This document shows, piece after piece, positions 35,348-49,989 of a stretch of 64,000 nt of DNA. Source of the DNA: Ptychomitrium polyphyllum (Eukaryota); NCBI GenBank assembly GCA_973851085.1, contig OZ316775.1, positions 20,212,001-20,276,000 on the forward strand, read 5' to 3'. Within the stretch, counting starts at the first letter, position 1; each line of letters opens with the position of its first letter. The notes beneath the pieces were generated by a model, which searched no databases, was not told the DNA's origin, and was given only the letters and a program-made list of their open reading frames with translations. The position numbers and the translations under genes were made by a program.

Positions 35348-37335
35348 ATGAAGCAGTCTAGCCACCAGAGCACCTCGCAATGGCCTTATACTTCTGGTAT
35401 TTTTCCTTTTTTGAATGAGTCGATGCATCATCACTTTTTGTCTGAAACGAATCGCTTGAGTGATTAGTGAATCATAGTATAGCAATTCTTCAACCAAGGT
35501 CGAACTCACCCTGCTATGTAAGATTGAGCATATAGCTTTGTGGACAGACTTATTCGGCCCTCCGTCAAATATGCTAAGTGGGTTTGGTGGGCTTTTCAAG
35601 TTGGAACTGTGTTTATCGATAACCTTTGACAGTACGAGATTCTTTGTCGCAATTGAAAAACTTTTGGGGAAGATAGGTGATGCTCACGGAGTTTCTAGAT
35701 TATTCCTCACATTAAAACAAGCAGTCGGAGGGAAGTTCAGTTTCAGGTCTCCAAACAGTGAGGAGCGGTTTACCAGATTCTCAATAATTCTGGTGGTCGA
35801 TTTTTATGTGCAGGTATGGGAGCCGTAGATGAAGAAATCTCGGCGATGTTACAAAGCAACCATGTGAACATGCGACAATCCTCTCTGACTGGAGTGATGG
35901 CGCCTGCAGTGTCTGCACCCGCTGACCATCTCGCATCCTACCCTTACTCTCTCTACACTCCAGGCTATGCAGTTAACGCTCGCCCAACCATGCCGCAAGT
36001 TTCCACCGGACCTGCTCATGTGAGAGCACCCCCCTTGCACCGAGGATCACCACCTCCAAGACGCGTTCCCACTTTTAACTTAGAAGAGAAATATGTCCTC
36101 GAGGCCAAGAGCGAAGTACTGGACGCAAGCGCCATGCGTAATGGCGTTTCATACGGCACAGTGTACGAAAACTCCGGCCCCTCCATGCTGCACCGTTACC
36201 AATCAGCCCCCGTGACCTCGTCTCTCGCGGAGATGAACGAGTCCGGGCCGCTAGGGAACACGGCCATGGGGTTGTATGGGGATGGCGGGCTCACTTCCAT
36301 CACTGAGAACATGGACATGGAGCGCATGGGCGGAAACGGAAATAACTCGAATTTCAACGAGTATGAGCACTACATGGCGCCTGAGAATGACTTCGCCCGT
36401 CGCCTGGCCTTCCCTGCTAATCTTTGCAAAGAGGGGGCAGCTTCTAGAAGCTTATTCCGTCAGTCGAGCTTGCCTGGGTCTGCAGCGTTGTCGCAGCTCA
36501 ACATTTCACTGCTCGATAGGATGGCAGAAAACGCTTCCGAGAAGAGCAGCTCCAGGAATTCGGAAATTGATAACAATCATATGATGAATGGTTACACAGC
36601 TTCGATGTACTCACAAGAAGAGTTTCTTTGGAAGTCCCCCACTAGTCCAGGTAAGCGACATGCATTCATTCCCAAAACTGAAATTCCAACTACCCCCGGC
36701 CTACACTTGAGCGTCTGAAATCTATAGATGGTGTAGATTGTGCTCGATGTAGCTTGCTGATCGCTCCACTTGAAATTCTTCATTGGAGAAATTTCTTTTC
36801 TCGATTTTCTTTTTCTGAGATTCTTTTTGTTTCTTGCTGATCAGCCAAGAGAGCACGGGAACTGGAAGGCGAGAGTGAGACTTCGAGCGGCTCAGCCGAA
36901 AGCCCATCGTTCCGAAACGTTCACCAAGGCGGGTTGGTCCGGCATAAAAGCTTACCATCACCACATGGGCCCAGCAGCAGCCCCGGCGTGGAGGTAGATA
37001 ACTCCTACAGCGCCGTGCCGATGCGAACTCGCGCGAAGCGCGGGTGCGCGACCCACCCGCGCAGCATCGCGGAGCGCATCCGTAGGACCAAGATCAGTGA
37101 ACGGATGAAGCGGCTGCAGGACTTGGTCCCAGACATGGACAAGCAGACTAACACCTCGGACATGCTAGACGCGACCGTGGAGTATGTCAAGTCTCTGCAA
37201 CGCAAAGTGGACGATCTCAACGAGATTGTGGCCCAGCTCCAAGCTGCCGCTGCGAAACACAATCAGGAAAAGTCTGGGGATAATAGTACGAATCTAGAAT
37301 TAGGGCATGGGGTCGCCATGGAAGCATCCGGGTAA
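35348..37335 (+). CDS. bHLH transcription factor, FBH/AKS (bHLH122/128/130-like) group; exons 35348-35396, 35814-36650, 36845-37335 (alternative ATGs at 35303 or 35816)
   Basis: RAKRGCATHPRSIAERIRRTKISERMKRLQDLVPDMDKQTNTSDMLD domain, plus RYQSAP, RQSSLP and RHKSLP motifs typical of the group. GT-AG introns keep the frame. Confidence 0.92.
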
Positions 37336-39751
37336 GCATCTATGGGCGGATATACCCAAAGGTAAGAGAAAGATGGAAGTTGGAACATGATGTTTTGTGC
37401 CTTCAATGGCCAAAAATTCTGATACTGTATCCTTAAAATCATGTCAGTGTTTCCATGGAAACATGCCTTGCTTCGGAGTGATCAGTCTCTCAGAAGGGAA
37501 CACTTCGAGTGTAACATATTGCAATGAGGCCGGAATTAAAAAGTTTAGTTTAGTAGAAGGGTAACCGTTAGTCTCGATTGAATGGACATGAATGGATGAT
37601 GTTATTGGATTTGAATGCCGTGTCCCGTTGAAAAAGATTTGAATACATTATCTTTTTGAATCAGAGTTGTAGCTGTTCCCTTTGCCGCGTGGCTGAGTGC
37701 CAAGGGTCACCACAGTGGGAAGATTCTCTCAGCTATGAAAGCATGATTTTGACCCTGTTACGTGTTTCTTCTGTGTGAGTCGTGTAGTCTCTGAATGACT
37801 TGTTTGTAAGTAAGGATCGCCGCTAGAGTGTTGAATTGTTTCTTGAGGTGGTTTTTCTCAATCTTCTACCTGGATTGAGTTGGGTGAGTCTCAAATTCTT
37901 TGATAGAATTAATGCCCAGTGTCAAACTGTGATTTAGCTTACCTCTAGTACCGCTGATCTCAAGTCGATATAATGAGTGACTCAATCTTGTCGAACAGTT
38001 TAAATTGGATTTGTACAGTCACAGTGGATTGAAATTTGGCAGAGTAACCGATTAGATTGACAACGCCTTATTGAGTGACATTCCAGCAATTTATCACCCA
38101 TCACGTGAACCTAATGAATGTACACTGACTCTGCACATGTTTCCTTTGTGAAGATCAGGTTCATGCACACAGCATGCGCTCGCTGCAAGATTACTGTTCA
38201 TACTATGGGAAAGCTCTCAAACCTCTCGTGGTCAAGATTACAATAGTGGTCTAAAATGGTGACAATAGTTAGGCCTTTGGTATAACTAAGAGATTTCTAG
38301 TGAGTTTTACAAATTTTATTTATTGAACATTTTTTGGAAGTTAAAAGAACCAAAAATATTAGAATCATTTAGAAAGTGTGATAGAAATGAAAGATAAAAG
38401 GAACTTTGTACAAACCTTGGGATTTTTTTAGTTTGGATATAAAACTAACTTGTCATGTATTTGAAGTAAATTAATGAAAGTCAAGGGACAAAACTAAAAG
38501 CGATTAATTGTATTTGAACTCAAAATTTCCATTGTATAATTATGTCATTACCACCTAATCTATGATAAATGGATGTGGTGATGACTACTTTTTATACCAA
38601 AAGCAATTTAAGTTAAATAATTATAATTATAAAAATTAATGAAAAAATACGGGCCACAAGTTATATTGAATTTAGATTATTTTAATATTCACAAAGGCTT
38701 TTTAATCAACTATTATATTTGTTTCTTAAATTTTTTCTAAAAGATATACCTTAGAATAATATGGATTTTTTTTATACAATATAAAGCTAACTATAGAAAG
38801 TGTTTTTAAATACTTGTCTACAATAATAGATTGTATACAAATTAGTTAAAATTTATATATTTCTATTAAAGAAACTCAATATTTAAATTATAAGCACAAA
38901 AAATTTAAAGAATTCATGTTAAAACTACCAAGTTATTATCTCCAAAGTGATATATGAATTGATAATATAGTGTAGAAGCTAATTTTAAAATAGTAGTATT
39001 CTTAAGTTATTTATTTCAACCACAAAAGACATAAGCATGGATTTTAGGAAGAATAAATTTTCTATTCATGTTGATTTCTTTGAAGTCCTAAATTATTATT
39101 TAATTTTTTGTAATGCTAATTTTGGATTAAAGAAGGTCTATACTTTTTTATTCTATAGAATGTAAGCCATATTGTTCAAAATAATTTATATTGTTTAAAT
39201 ATACTTTTATTAAAATGAGCCACCTGAATTAGAAGATCTCACATTATTTGAGACATTTTAGAACTCATATAATTTAGCATTATTTTTTATAAACACAATT
39301 TTAAGAAAACAATAAGATCAAATTTTTTTTAAATTGTCTAATCTAATTTTAATTGAAAGATGACTTAGATTCACATTTTAGAACCAATGGACTAGAGGCA
39401 CTACTATGCAATTAAGCACTTCATTAGTTTGCAATTCAAAGCATTACATGTTTATACAAAGGCTAAAATAGAGCAACTTTTAAATTATTATGTTTGTTTT
39501 TTTGCATATGTAAAGGAACAATATAAATCAAGTAATATATATTTTTTGATAGAAAAATAAAAACTATAAAGAATACAAGTTTTTAAATGTTTTTATTGCC
39601 ATGTTTTAAAATACTTCAAATCTTTTAGAGACAATATGTACTTTGAAGTTCTATTTTATTATGTCAATCTTAAACTATCACTACTTATGCTTCTAAAGAT
39701 GTTCAAATTTCTATCTATAATGTATAATAATGGTTAAGCCTTTGCAATTTA

Positions 39752-39866
39752 CATTGTCATTTCAATACTTTGTGCATTGTCATTTCAATACTTTGTGCAT
39801 TGTCATTTCAATATTTTGTGCATTGTCATTTCAATACTTTGTGCATTGTCACTTCAATACTTTGTG
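39752..39866. repeat. Five tandem copies of 23-bp CATTGTCATTTCAATACTTTGTG
   Basis: Read directly; two copies carry single substitutions. Confidence 0.95.
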
Positions 39867-40449
39867 TTAGAGATACAAGAAACAAGAAGCAGAAACGAAA
39901 GTGTTTTCCAAGAATTAGCTTTCAAAGAGCTAATGATTGATAAGAACTTGATACAAAGAGTAGAACAAGGCAGGATTCAAGATGATCCACAATTTGTGTT
40001 GGCAAGACTAAGGAATACCTTGTCTTGCTTCTTATTTATATTATGATGCTTGTATCTCCTAGGATAGTTCTAAAGAAGCTTCTTACAAGGCTTAAGAATG
40101 TTTTAGAAGTCTAAGGAATCTTCCTTGGAATTTTTCTAAGATGTTGGAACTTTCTTAGGAAGTTTCCTAAAGAAGTAGAACCTTCTTAGGAAGTTTCATG
40201 AAGTGGTGGAACTTTCTTAGGAAGTTTTCTAAGATGATGGAACCTTCTTAGGAAATTTTATAAGAAGTTACTTGACATGATAGAGCCTTTCTAGGAAGTT
40301 TCCTAAAGTGGAGGAATTTTCTTAGGAAGCTTTCTAAGAATATGGAAAGGCTATGGAGACATTTAAAAGTATTCTAAAAAGCTACTGTTATTCACCAGAA
40401 GGTTCTAGAACATTATAAGGACTATGTTACATGATCTATGTCTTTAACA
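39865..40449. mobile_element. Solo LTR of an LTR retrotransposon (about 585 bp)
   Basis: TGTTA...TAACA termini, near-TSD CTTTG/CCTTG, internal degenerate GGAACTTTCTTAGGAAGTTT repeats and no adjacent internal domain. Confidence 0.75.
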
Positions 40450-42413
40450 CCTTGATACATTCAAATTCTATAATAAAAACAAGTATGCTGGCCATCACAT
40501 CTTTGGCGTGATGGCATATAATGCAAGTTTTTGTTCAATCATAATTAATTAAAATTGCCAATAATTAGAGTTTTAATCTTTACAATGGATATTGTTGAAA
40601 TGTTATATGTGCAAATAAACAAATAAACAAACGAGCAAGATATACTATAAGATTTTTTTGTACTCTATACAAAAATCTAAAATTTGCTTTAAGAATTCAA
40701 TAAATTATAGAATTTGAAGCATTATTGTTGTCTATACACCAATCCTTCCACATAGCGTTCTAAAGTAGTGATCTTTGAAGTTTAATGGTAGAGGCTAAAA
40801 ACATGTATTATTCACTTGTGGACTTAATTAACGTTAAAGTCTTTGTTATTGCAATAAAGTAGATGCAAAGTTTGCTTAAATGTTGCAATTCTTCACATTA
40901 TTTATTCCATGGCAAAGATATGCAATTCCTTAGATTGTTTGCATCCATGTAGCTAAAAAAATTGAATTCTTAATTTATATCACATTAGATGTTTTGCAAT
41001 GTATCAAACATATTGATAACCTCTAGAGTAGTGGAAGCAAAATTCTTTCTATTTTTATACTAAATTATAATTTTTAAAAAAAAAAATCTTCTAAGAATTG
41101 TATTTAGCCTTGAATCTGATCGTCTTTATTATTGTAATAATATTGAATCACCTTCTTTTTATTTGAAATAATTAATATTTTATTATAAGTTTGAAAATTC
41201 TTTATACTTTCTATAGAAAATAAGTAAACAAGTCATAAGTTGAAATGGTTAAAAGCTCAATTTACTTCAATTATGTTATTGCATGCATATCTTTGACAAT
41301 AGAATTACAAACATTTGTACGTAGTTATTAACTAGCAAAGGTAGAATTTGTAAAGGTGGTTACATGCCAATGCTATTTTACATATAATGTAAGAGATTTT
41401 TAAAGAAAATGATTAATTTTAAAAAGAAATGCTTTCAAATGTCAAAAAATATATTAAGATGTACAACTTTATAAGTAATTTAGTATAATGATTTTAAATT
41501 ATAATTTACGGCATTATAATAAATTATATTCCAAAACATTTTTTAAAACACTAAATTAATATACAAGTTTGATTTGACTTTAAGATGTCTTAAAATTGCC
41601 TTAAAGTTTGTTTTAATTCACATCTTTTTTTATTTGTATTTGCATTGATAGACCAATATTATCCATTCTCTCTAATCAATGACTTGAGAGCTTAAAAATT
41701 CACAAATTATTTAAAAAAAACCTATAGTGACAATAAAATGGAATTTTGTGAAAAGAATCAAATTATGAAGTAAATCCTCTTTAAAGAGGCGAATTTGCAA
41801 AATATATTTTGAAATTCATTTTTACCATAAAAAAGTGTGTTTTAATGAATCAATGAAGAACTTCTACAATGCGTGGGCATAATTAGAAAGTCTTAAACTT
41901 TGGAATTCTTTTAAGGTAATTAAACTCCACCAAACCAACTCTTTGTTTGCCTTTAGTATCCAAATTCCTCACTACTTTCCCAAACTAGGAGTATTTTAAT
42001 ACTTGTATAATTGAAAAACTTTCATGCACAGGAAAACACACTCAAGATAAACAAAGATAAAGAAAGTTTTATTTAAAGGATAACTCTAACAGGTGATGGT
42101 ACTTAGTTTTGAGATATAACCAAGGCCTCAAGGCCTTACTTTTAAAGGCCAGGTAGAGGTAGTGTATCCACCCAGGTGGCGGTGCTCGTGCAAAGAAAAC
42201 TGATCACACCATTCCGTTGCGGCAACCCCACGTGATGCCGTTGCACGGAGCGGGTGAAGTCCCGCACTGGACGCGCGTGCCCGGCATACGCCGCTGTAAC
42301 TGACGCCCTCCCTCACCAGCGTCGCCTGCATTGACTGCGAGGGATGCCGGACGAGCTCCGCTGCACTCGACGCTGAGCTCGCGTCGTCTCTCTTGCAAGC
42401 AGCGTCACCGGCG

Positions 42414-44684
42414 ATGGCCGCAGTCCGGGAGTTTCAAGTCATCCACGCCAGGGCGCCCGGTAAGGTCATTCTTAGTGGGGAGCACGCCGTCGTGCACGGA
42501 ACGTCCGCTGTCGCCGCAGCGCTCGGCCTCTATACCACGGCCACCATCCACGCTGGTTGGTGACCACTTGCCGTACCCTGTTTCCCTTTCCACTCGTAGG
42601 GTTTCATTACTGATCGCATCTTTGATTCTCCATTAGCGTCATCGCGCATTCTGAGATCGGATGTATGGATGAGAAGGCTTTTAATTTTAGTTGGTTGAGA
42701 AACGGTGAGTTTATGGAAATGCGTGGTCATGTGCGTCTCTTTTGGTGGATGGTTTACCTTTAGGGTTTTACTGTTGATTGCGTTTGCATGATTCTTTCTT
42801 AATGTGTGCATTCTGAGATCGGATGTGAGTATTGGATTTTTTGAGAAATGTATGGAGATGTTTGGTGATGTGTGCTTTTTTGTGAATTGCGGGTTATTTG
42901 GATTGGAAGAGAATAGTATGACATGCTTGTGTCTTGTGATTGATTGGATGGCTTGCATTGTCACTCTTTGAGTGATGTGTCTGTGAGTAGGTTTATGTTA
43001 GGTTGATATGTGTCTTGATTGTGGTCAATAGAAGAATGGCAATCAAGTGTGAGCTTTAGATTTTAGATCGATGTCTGAGGAGGTTTAGTTCGTTTCTCTC
43101 ATTCTATTGCACATGCTGATGTTCTTGGTGTTGAATTGCAGGGGTGGATGATGGTTGTGTACTTGAGTTGCCACAGCTTGGAGTGGACTTGAAATGGCCT
43201 CTTAAGATGATAGAAGAGATTATTACTCAATATCAGTTGTTGGAGCCAAAGCCCGCGCAAATTACTCCATATGCAGAGTCAGAATGGCCGCAATTAACAG
43301 CGTTTGTTGAGCAGCAGCTTGGATTGCACTCTGTAAAGGGAGCTGATGCAGGAGTTACTGCGTTTTTGTTCCTGTACATATCAATCCTGGGGTAAGAAGC
43401 TTGCATTCTTGGTGCATTCTTTCCTGAGTACATAGCCGTTTTGTGCAAGAAGTTTTTACCTTGAACACACGTGTTTGTTTAAACCGGGGGTTGGCTAACA
43501 GAGCTTGAACCTCAGTTTGCAGCCCGTAACCGTGAGAGTGACGTCTGAGCTGCCTGTGGGTGCTGGCTTGGGATCCTCCGCTGCCTACTGTGTCGCTTTG
43601 TCAGCTGCTCTTTTGGCCTATTCGGGAGTGATTGATTTGCCACCACAAGCGAGCTTGAGAGAAGAAAATTGCGCAGGCAGTAAAATATGGCTTGATGTAG
43701 ACGAACAGAAGGTGGACTTGGTGAATAGATGGGCTTTCGAAGGGGAGCGAATCATCCACGGGCGTCCTTCTGGCATCGACAATACAGTGAGCAGCTTTGG
43801 TAAGATATCTACTATGTGTTCACTATCTCTACATTAGTTCTTGGAGTTTTGATTTGTTTGCAGGTTTACTTAAAAATTTAGTTTCTTGTTCAGCGTTTAG
43901 CATCAATTTAAGTTTAGCTGACAGTTTCTACCATTCAGGTTACGTGGTGAAGTTTAAACAGGGCCAGATTACGCGCTTACACACACAAATGCCACTTCGA
44001 ATGCTCCTGACCAACACTCAAGTTGGAAGGAACACCAAAGCTTTGGTGACAGGAGTTGGAGAGCGTGCTCTTCGTCATCCAGCAGCCATGGGTGCTGTCT
44101 TCAAAGCCATCGATGAAATTGCAGAAGAAGTTGTGACCATACTGCTAACGCCACCTGATAAGAGTGGAGGTGAAAAGAGGAGGGATGTGGAGCTCGTGTC
44201 CTCGTATGAATGTGGAGCTCACCCTGTCTCAAAAACAGAGCAGGAAGTCAGGCTTGAGGAGCTGGTGGAGATGAACCAGGGTCTCTTGCAAGGCATTGGT
44301 GTCAGTCATCTATCTATTGAGTCGATCTGTCAGGTTACTGCAGCTTACAGATTACAGTCGAAACTTACGGGAGCCGGTGGAGGTGGCTGCGTCTTAACTC
44401 TTTTACCGCACAGTATCCTTACACAAGCCTTCTAATTTAGGAATTGAATTGCTTCTTATAGCATTGTTGTGTTTCTTGTCGATTCTGTCATCAGATTCTC
44501 TGATTCCATCAGAGTCAGTATTGCAGATACTGGTTGTGGTTCTCGATCCTTGACAATTTCCTCAGAATTGTCCTCCGCATCTGTGGAACTGGTGAAAATC
44601 GACTTGGAAGGCAAAGGATTTTCCTGCTTTGAAACTGTGATCGGTGGCAACGGAGTGCAAATCAATTGTCAAGCACTAAGCTGA
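42414..44684 (+). CDS. MVK: Mevalonate kinase (GHMP); exons 42414-42555, 43142-43391, 43516-43799, 43939-44412, 44566-44684
   Basis: APGKVILSGEHAVVHG, SELPVGAGLGSSAA, IIHGRPSGIDN and SKLTGAGGGG motifs; GT-AG introns in frame. Confidence 0.96.
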
Positions 44685-47600
44685 GCCCTATTTGGCCATC
44701 TGATACTATAACTGATCAAGCAGTGGCATCTTTCTCCTGTGGCAAGCCGTTTCTGGATTGATTTACAGGAGTCTTTGAATTACTGTTACAAATTCTGCGG
44801 CAATCTCATCTATTGCCATAATAATAACACCTGTGGCTGCTGTTCGGCGAAGGGGGCAATCTCCTACTCTTGCCACTAAGCCTTTGGTGTTCCTTCCGAC
44901 TTTCGAATGTTGCTGAGAAGCGTTTTCGGATCCCAAGTCGGGCTGTGAACGTTGATAAGTGCATCATACTGGCGCCATGGATTTCAAACTGAGAAGCATG
45001 ACGAGTTTTAGAAATCTGACCACAAGATTCTGAACGCGTTAGTGTTTTCTAAAACTTTCTATATGATTGTCGGAATGGTTACCGCTGAAATTTGACTGGT
45101 CTGACTGCAATCTTCTCAGCAGCACTGTTTGATACATTATCTAGCCAGCAGGTTTTTCCATACTCTTTTATGTATGAAAAGACTGCTGAAAGAACTTTTA
45201 GACTTGGTAGGAATGATAAGACTTGAAGGGAGTTACATACAGAATTTCGTATGAGACCCTTGTGTGGACATGTAAGGCTTTGCTGTCAACACTTGGATTA
45301 GAGCTCAGAAGTTGCCAGCTGGGTTTGATGTTAACCTTTAGTTCATTGGTGGCCACTTTCTGGTTGCAAATTGACGAGAATACTTATAACTCCGGATCCA
45401 CAATGAATTGGATTTTGGATGACAAGGTTTAGATCTTCTTTTGATATCACACAAATTAATGCCATAAATTGCCCTTAATTTTGACTATTGTAGGTCCCTC
45501 AAATACGTGCATGACTGAATACCTCTTGACTTGCATGACATCTTCAAATACATAAATTTTACATAAATTATACATTGTTGTATATTTCATATTTGTGAAA
45601 TTGACTTTTTCCAAAATAATAATTAAAGGATAAATTCTTTTATGTGGACTTTCATGTCTTGTAAGTGTTGATTGGAATGGATCTGTGATGTCCATAGACA
45701 TTTCTATGCATTCAATTTCAAACAAGGAGTATATATTCTATATATTTGGCAACTGAAATTTCCAAATAAATCCTGTAAAAATGTAATTCATGAGTACCAT
45801 ATGCTGTTAGAATACCTACAAGATATAGTGCTTTTGAATCTCATTAATTATATTTTGAATTTTTTTTGGAAAGAATTTATTTACTGCCAAATGATCACCA
45901 TGTTGTAAAGATCACGACGTTGTAACTTGAGAGATTTGTTTTCTTTGCAGGTCGATCACAGCTAAGTTTTCCTCCCTTCAAGTTGATTTTAGTGTCCTCC
46001 TGTGCATCTCAACAGGGACTGCTCGCTAGGTTTGTGGAGCCAACCCAAGGGTTACAGTGTTCTATTTTGCAGTCACTGAATGATTTGATTTGAGGTTTTA
46101 GGGTAAATGAAAGTTGCACTTTTTTTTTTTTGTATAGAATTTGCACAATTGTGGATTTTCGATCTGCAAATTTTCGTTATTGTGAAGTGTGGCAAGCGAG
46201 ACAGAACGCCAACTGGACCTGAAAAACTATCTTCAAGGTCCTGAATTAGATCATGGAGTCATCATTTATGAACACCGTCCGACACGTTCAACAAGGCCGT
46301 CGTCACGAATTTTCCACCGGGCAAGCACATCAACTGCTCCTCTGCTCAACTGCCGAGGGCGGGCTCAACTGCTCCTCCAATTTCACCTTCAGGAATCCAG
46401 CAACTTGTGATCGACTATTCATATGATCGACTAATCTTCACAAATTATTTTCTGGAATTCCATACCCGATTCTAGTGTACTAGGGGTGTCACACCTACCC
46501 CTTAAATAACTGGAAAGTATGATATCCACTATTAACTTACATGGTCAAAGCCTTGCATTTCCAGTTAGACGCACCAACCTTTTTTATTTCGAAGACTGTA
46601 GATTTTGGGTGTAAAATTGGACCTACTCTAGCTTTGTCGAGGTGTTGTGGAGAGACTGAGAATCTCTGTCGGTCGAATGTACAATGCCATTGTTGTAATT
46701 AGGGTGAAATGACCAACTTAACCAAAGCTGTACATCTTCAAAACATATGGATTCTGTGTGATTTTAATACAATACCAGAGGGCTTGTGAATAGTATTACG
46801 AAACCAACTCCCGATGCAGAACGCCAGTTCAAACGCAGAAATGGAGAAATGCAGCAAGCTCACACGAAAAGAGTCAAGTTCCAGCTCCGAGCAATCTGTT
46901 GGGGAAAGCGATGCTTCTTAAGCTTCTAATATAATTTCGCTCTCCTCAGAAACTAACACGAGGAGTCTACACAGGACTGCAGCATAGTTATCTTTGAGCT
47001 GTCCATCCCTCTAGATACCTGAGAGTCACATCTGCATTTATCTGAGTACAAGAACCAGTATCATTCAAATATCAGTCGGAAAGTACATGTAACGAACTCC
47101 TCTGGACTCGACGTGAAGGAACACCAAGTTCAATTATTTTCATCTCCCATGCAAAGACGTGCACGAGAGTTTGGAGTGGATGGCGATGGCTTTTAGACGC
47201 TACGTGCATGGTGATCATGGCCACCCTGCGGGCAGTGTTAGGACCGGGCAGGTGGTCGTTGACTCGGTTCACCTTCACTTCCCTTAAGTTACTCCCCTTG
47301 GGAATTCAAGTGTTGAACTATCCTCCAGAAATCTAAAAAATCCCAGCCTGTGTTGTTCCTTCGTCATGAAAATGCAAATGCCCTTGAATGCCAAAGGACA
47401 TACCAAAAAATGCCCCCCTTTGCGCTCCCAGTTCCTTGGTTGTCCAAAGGCAAGCACCTTGCGTAACATTCTTCAACACTTGAAGCAACTCACTCTTCCC
47501 TTGGATAAAGGATAACAATGAAGATGTCCAAAGTTTGCAGTTACATTGGGATAAGGACTACAGGATTCCATAACTTTTGTGATTTAGAATACGTTAAATA

Positions 47601-49989
47601 ATAAATAGTTAATAATACTCTATTATGAGTCTTATGTGGTGACTTAACATATATAATCCTCAATTTTTCATAGAATAAGGTTTTGACAATTGAAAATTTT
47701 ACTTTTGAATGATAGAATTTTCTTTTAAAAAAAAAGTATTAACAAGAATTATTAGGGAATGATATGTAGGTAGTTTATGAGCCTAAGGTTTTTATTTTGA
47801 TTTTAGGCTTAAATAGAAAACAAACAAAAAACATTAATAATTTCCATTTTGCTAAATTTTTATCATATGATTTCAATAAAAATTTTTATAGCTTCATATA
47901 GTTTTGTTTTAAGTGGATGGATTAAAGTGGATGAATTAAAGTAAATATTTTGAGGCTCTATAATTAGATGAAGTAAATATAAGTTTTTGAAAAAGTAATT
48001 AGAGATGCACCTAATTTTGTTAAAAAACCACTTTTACCTTTAATGAGTAAAAGGACCTTCTCAAATCTATACATTTGAATGTATTCTATTGTCTCTATAC
48101 ATTGGTTCTATACATCCTATAGATTTAATGCTATAAAAAAAACTTTTATTCATACAAACATGCTCTTGACTACTTTAAGACATAAATTAAATCTTCAATT
48201 TAAATTTAGTATTTAGTAGAGAAAAATAAAATTAAACTATATAGAACCAGTTTCTCAATTAGAAAAAACAGAATCCATGAAGGAAAAACCCGGGAACGCA
48301 AAGGGAAAGAAAAAAGTGGGCAGATGACAAGAAAATCCAAACCGAGGAAAGAAAAGGCTAAGGGATAAAAGAAAGTAGACAATGAAAGAAAGGGTTATGA
48401 TGACGAAGTGATAAAATAGACACACGGGGAAATAACGGGCTGGGAAGGGAAAAGAACCGCAGGCGCGGAAAGAAGCTAGGAAGGCGAAAAGAACAGCAGG
48501 CGCGGAAAGGAGCTGGGAAGGCGAGACAGGTAACGGACACAGAAGCGATGCAGGGCAAAGCAGTGAATCTTGAAGCTGGTGCGAGCGAGACATCGCATCG
48601 GCATCACTCGCCATGATGCTGCGTCACGCAGGAGCAATGGCGCAGTGGTGGCCCGTCTCATTCTTGCGCCGGCGACGTTACTAAGCTCTCGCATCAGCCA
48701 TCAGTGGGGCTGCTGGGCTGCTGGGCTGCGCTTCCCCCTCACCTGTCGTTGTCCAGCTATGGCCAGCCCCCACCCCCCACCCGGGCACTACTTCACAGCT
48801 TGCTGATCATCTCACAGCTCACCGGGCCGGGATTCTTGCTCTGCCCACTGGTGAGTCTTCCTCACCCAGAGTTCGTTGATGTGTTCTTGTGAGTCCTTTG
48901 GGGGTGTTGTGTTTTGGGGGAATCAGAGTTATCGAACAGTGGCCGGTTCTTTTCCTTGATGTGATCTTGTTAGCTTTTGGGTGAGTGAGCATGATGATGC
49001 ACATGGATATTGATGCCTGGGCTTGAAATTTTCGATCGGTTGGCTGAGATTCGGGGCTCTATGAAGGTCAGTTGATTCTTTCAGAAGTAGGAGTTTTTTT
49101 TCCCTCCCCCCTCCCTTTCGTTGAGGGGGTTAGGTGGGGATGTGGTGATATGCAAATCAGGTTCTGGAAATTTTATTCGCTTTTGAGTGGGTGAGTGATT
49201 ACGTTCGAGCACAGTGCACGTGGGTAATGAGGCTTGAGTTTCGAGTTTCAAGTTTCGAGTTTCGGGTTCTCGATTGGTTGGCTGAGAGTCAGTGCTTCAT
49301 GGTGGTACCTGATGAAAGTTTTGTGTACCACACTGTAAGGTGTATTGACTTATGAAGCTCGATTTGATTCTTTCAGAAAGATGTGTATTTTGTTTGTGTG
49401 GGAAGTGTATGTGGCCTGTTAGTGATAATGTAAAATGGGCTTGGTAATGATTCCATTTTGGTTTTTGTCCGTCGTGGGTACGTGGGTTGTTCTTCCTTGG
49501 AAATTCTATTGGGCTTCGAGTTGGAGTTGAATTTTTGGTTAAGGAGACAGTCAGAAACGGATGCAGGTTTTTTGATCGTTTTAGGCTTTTCCTGTTACTT
49601 TCACCTGCGTTGTTTTTATGCATTGAACAAAATGCAACTCACGATCGTCACTTCTGAGGATGCTGTAATCATATCCTACATGCTTGCTCCTTTCTGAATG
49701 GCGATCAATTCTCTGAAACTTCTCACAATCTTCCGGAAGGTATATAAAGCCTTCGTACTGCATGTTTTGATAATTCTGATTAAGATTTGGAGCCAGGAAA
49801 AGGTTCTAAGTTGTAAACATGTAGTATGTAACATCCCCCTCCATATTACCATATATTCAGTTTCTTTTGTTTTCAACGGATTAGCATCCTTATGCATTTG
49901 TCATAATCTTGGCTTACTTCAAGCTTGAAATCTTCTATCTCAGACATAGCTTGATGTTGATAAGTGGCAACTGATCGTTGGAGTCTGTT

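Noticed and set aside
39752..39866. 23-bp repeats as a CRISPR array
   Set aside because: Head-to-tail units without spacers, no cas genes, eukaryotic context.
42646..42826. 19-bp direct repeat GCATTCTGAGATCGGATGT in MVK intron 1
   Set aside because: Simple local duplication with no evidence of function.
47072..47540. Short minus-strand ORFs between MVK and NRPD2
   Set aside because: No recognisable motif or consistent exon structure.
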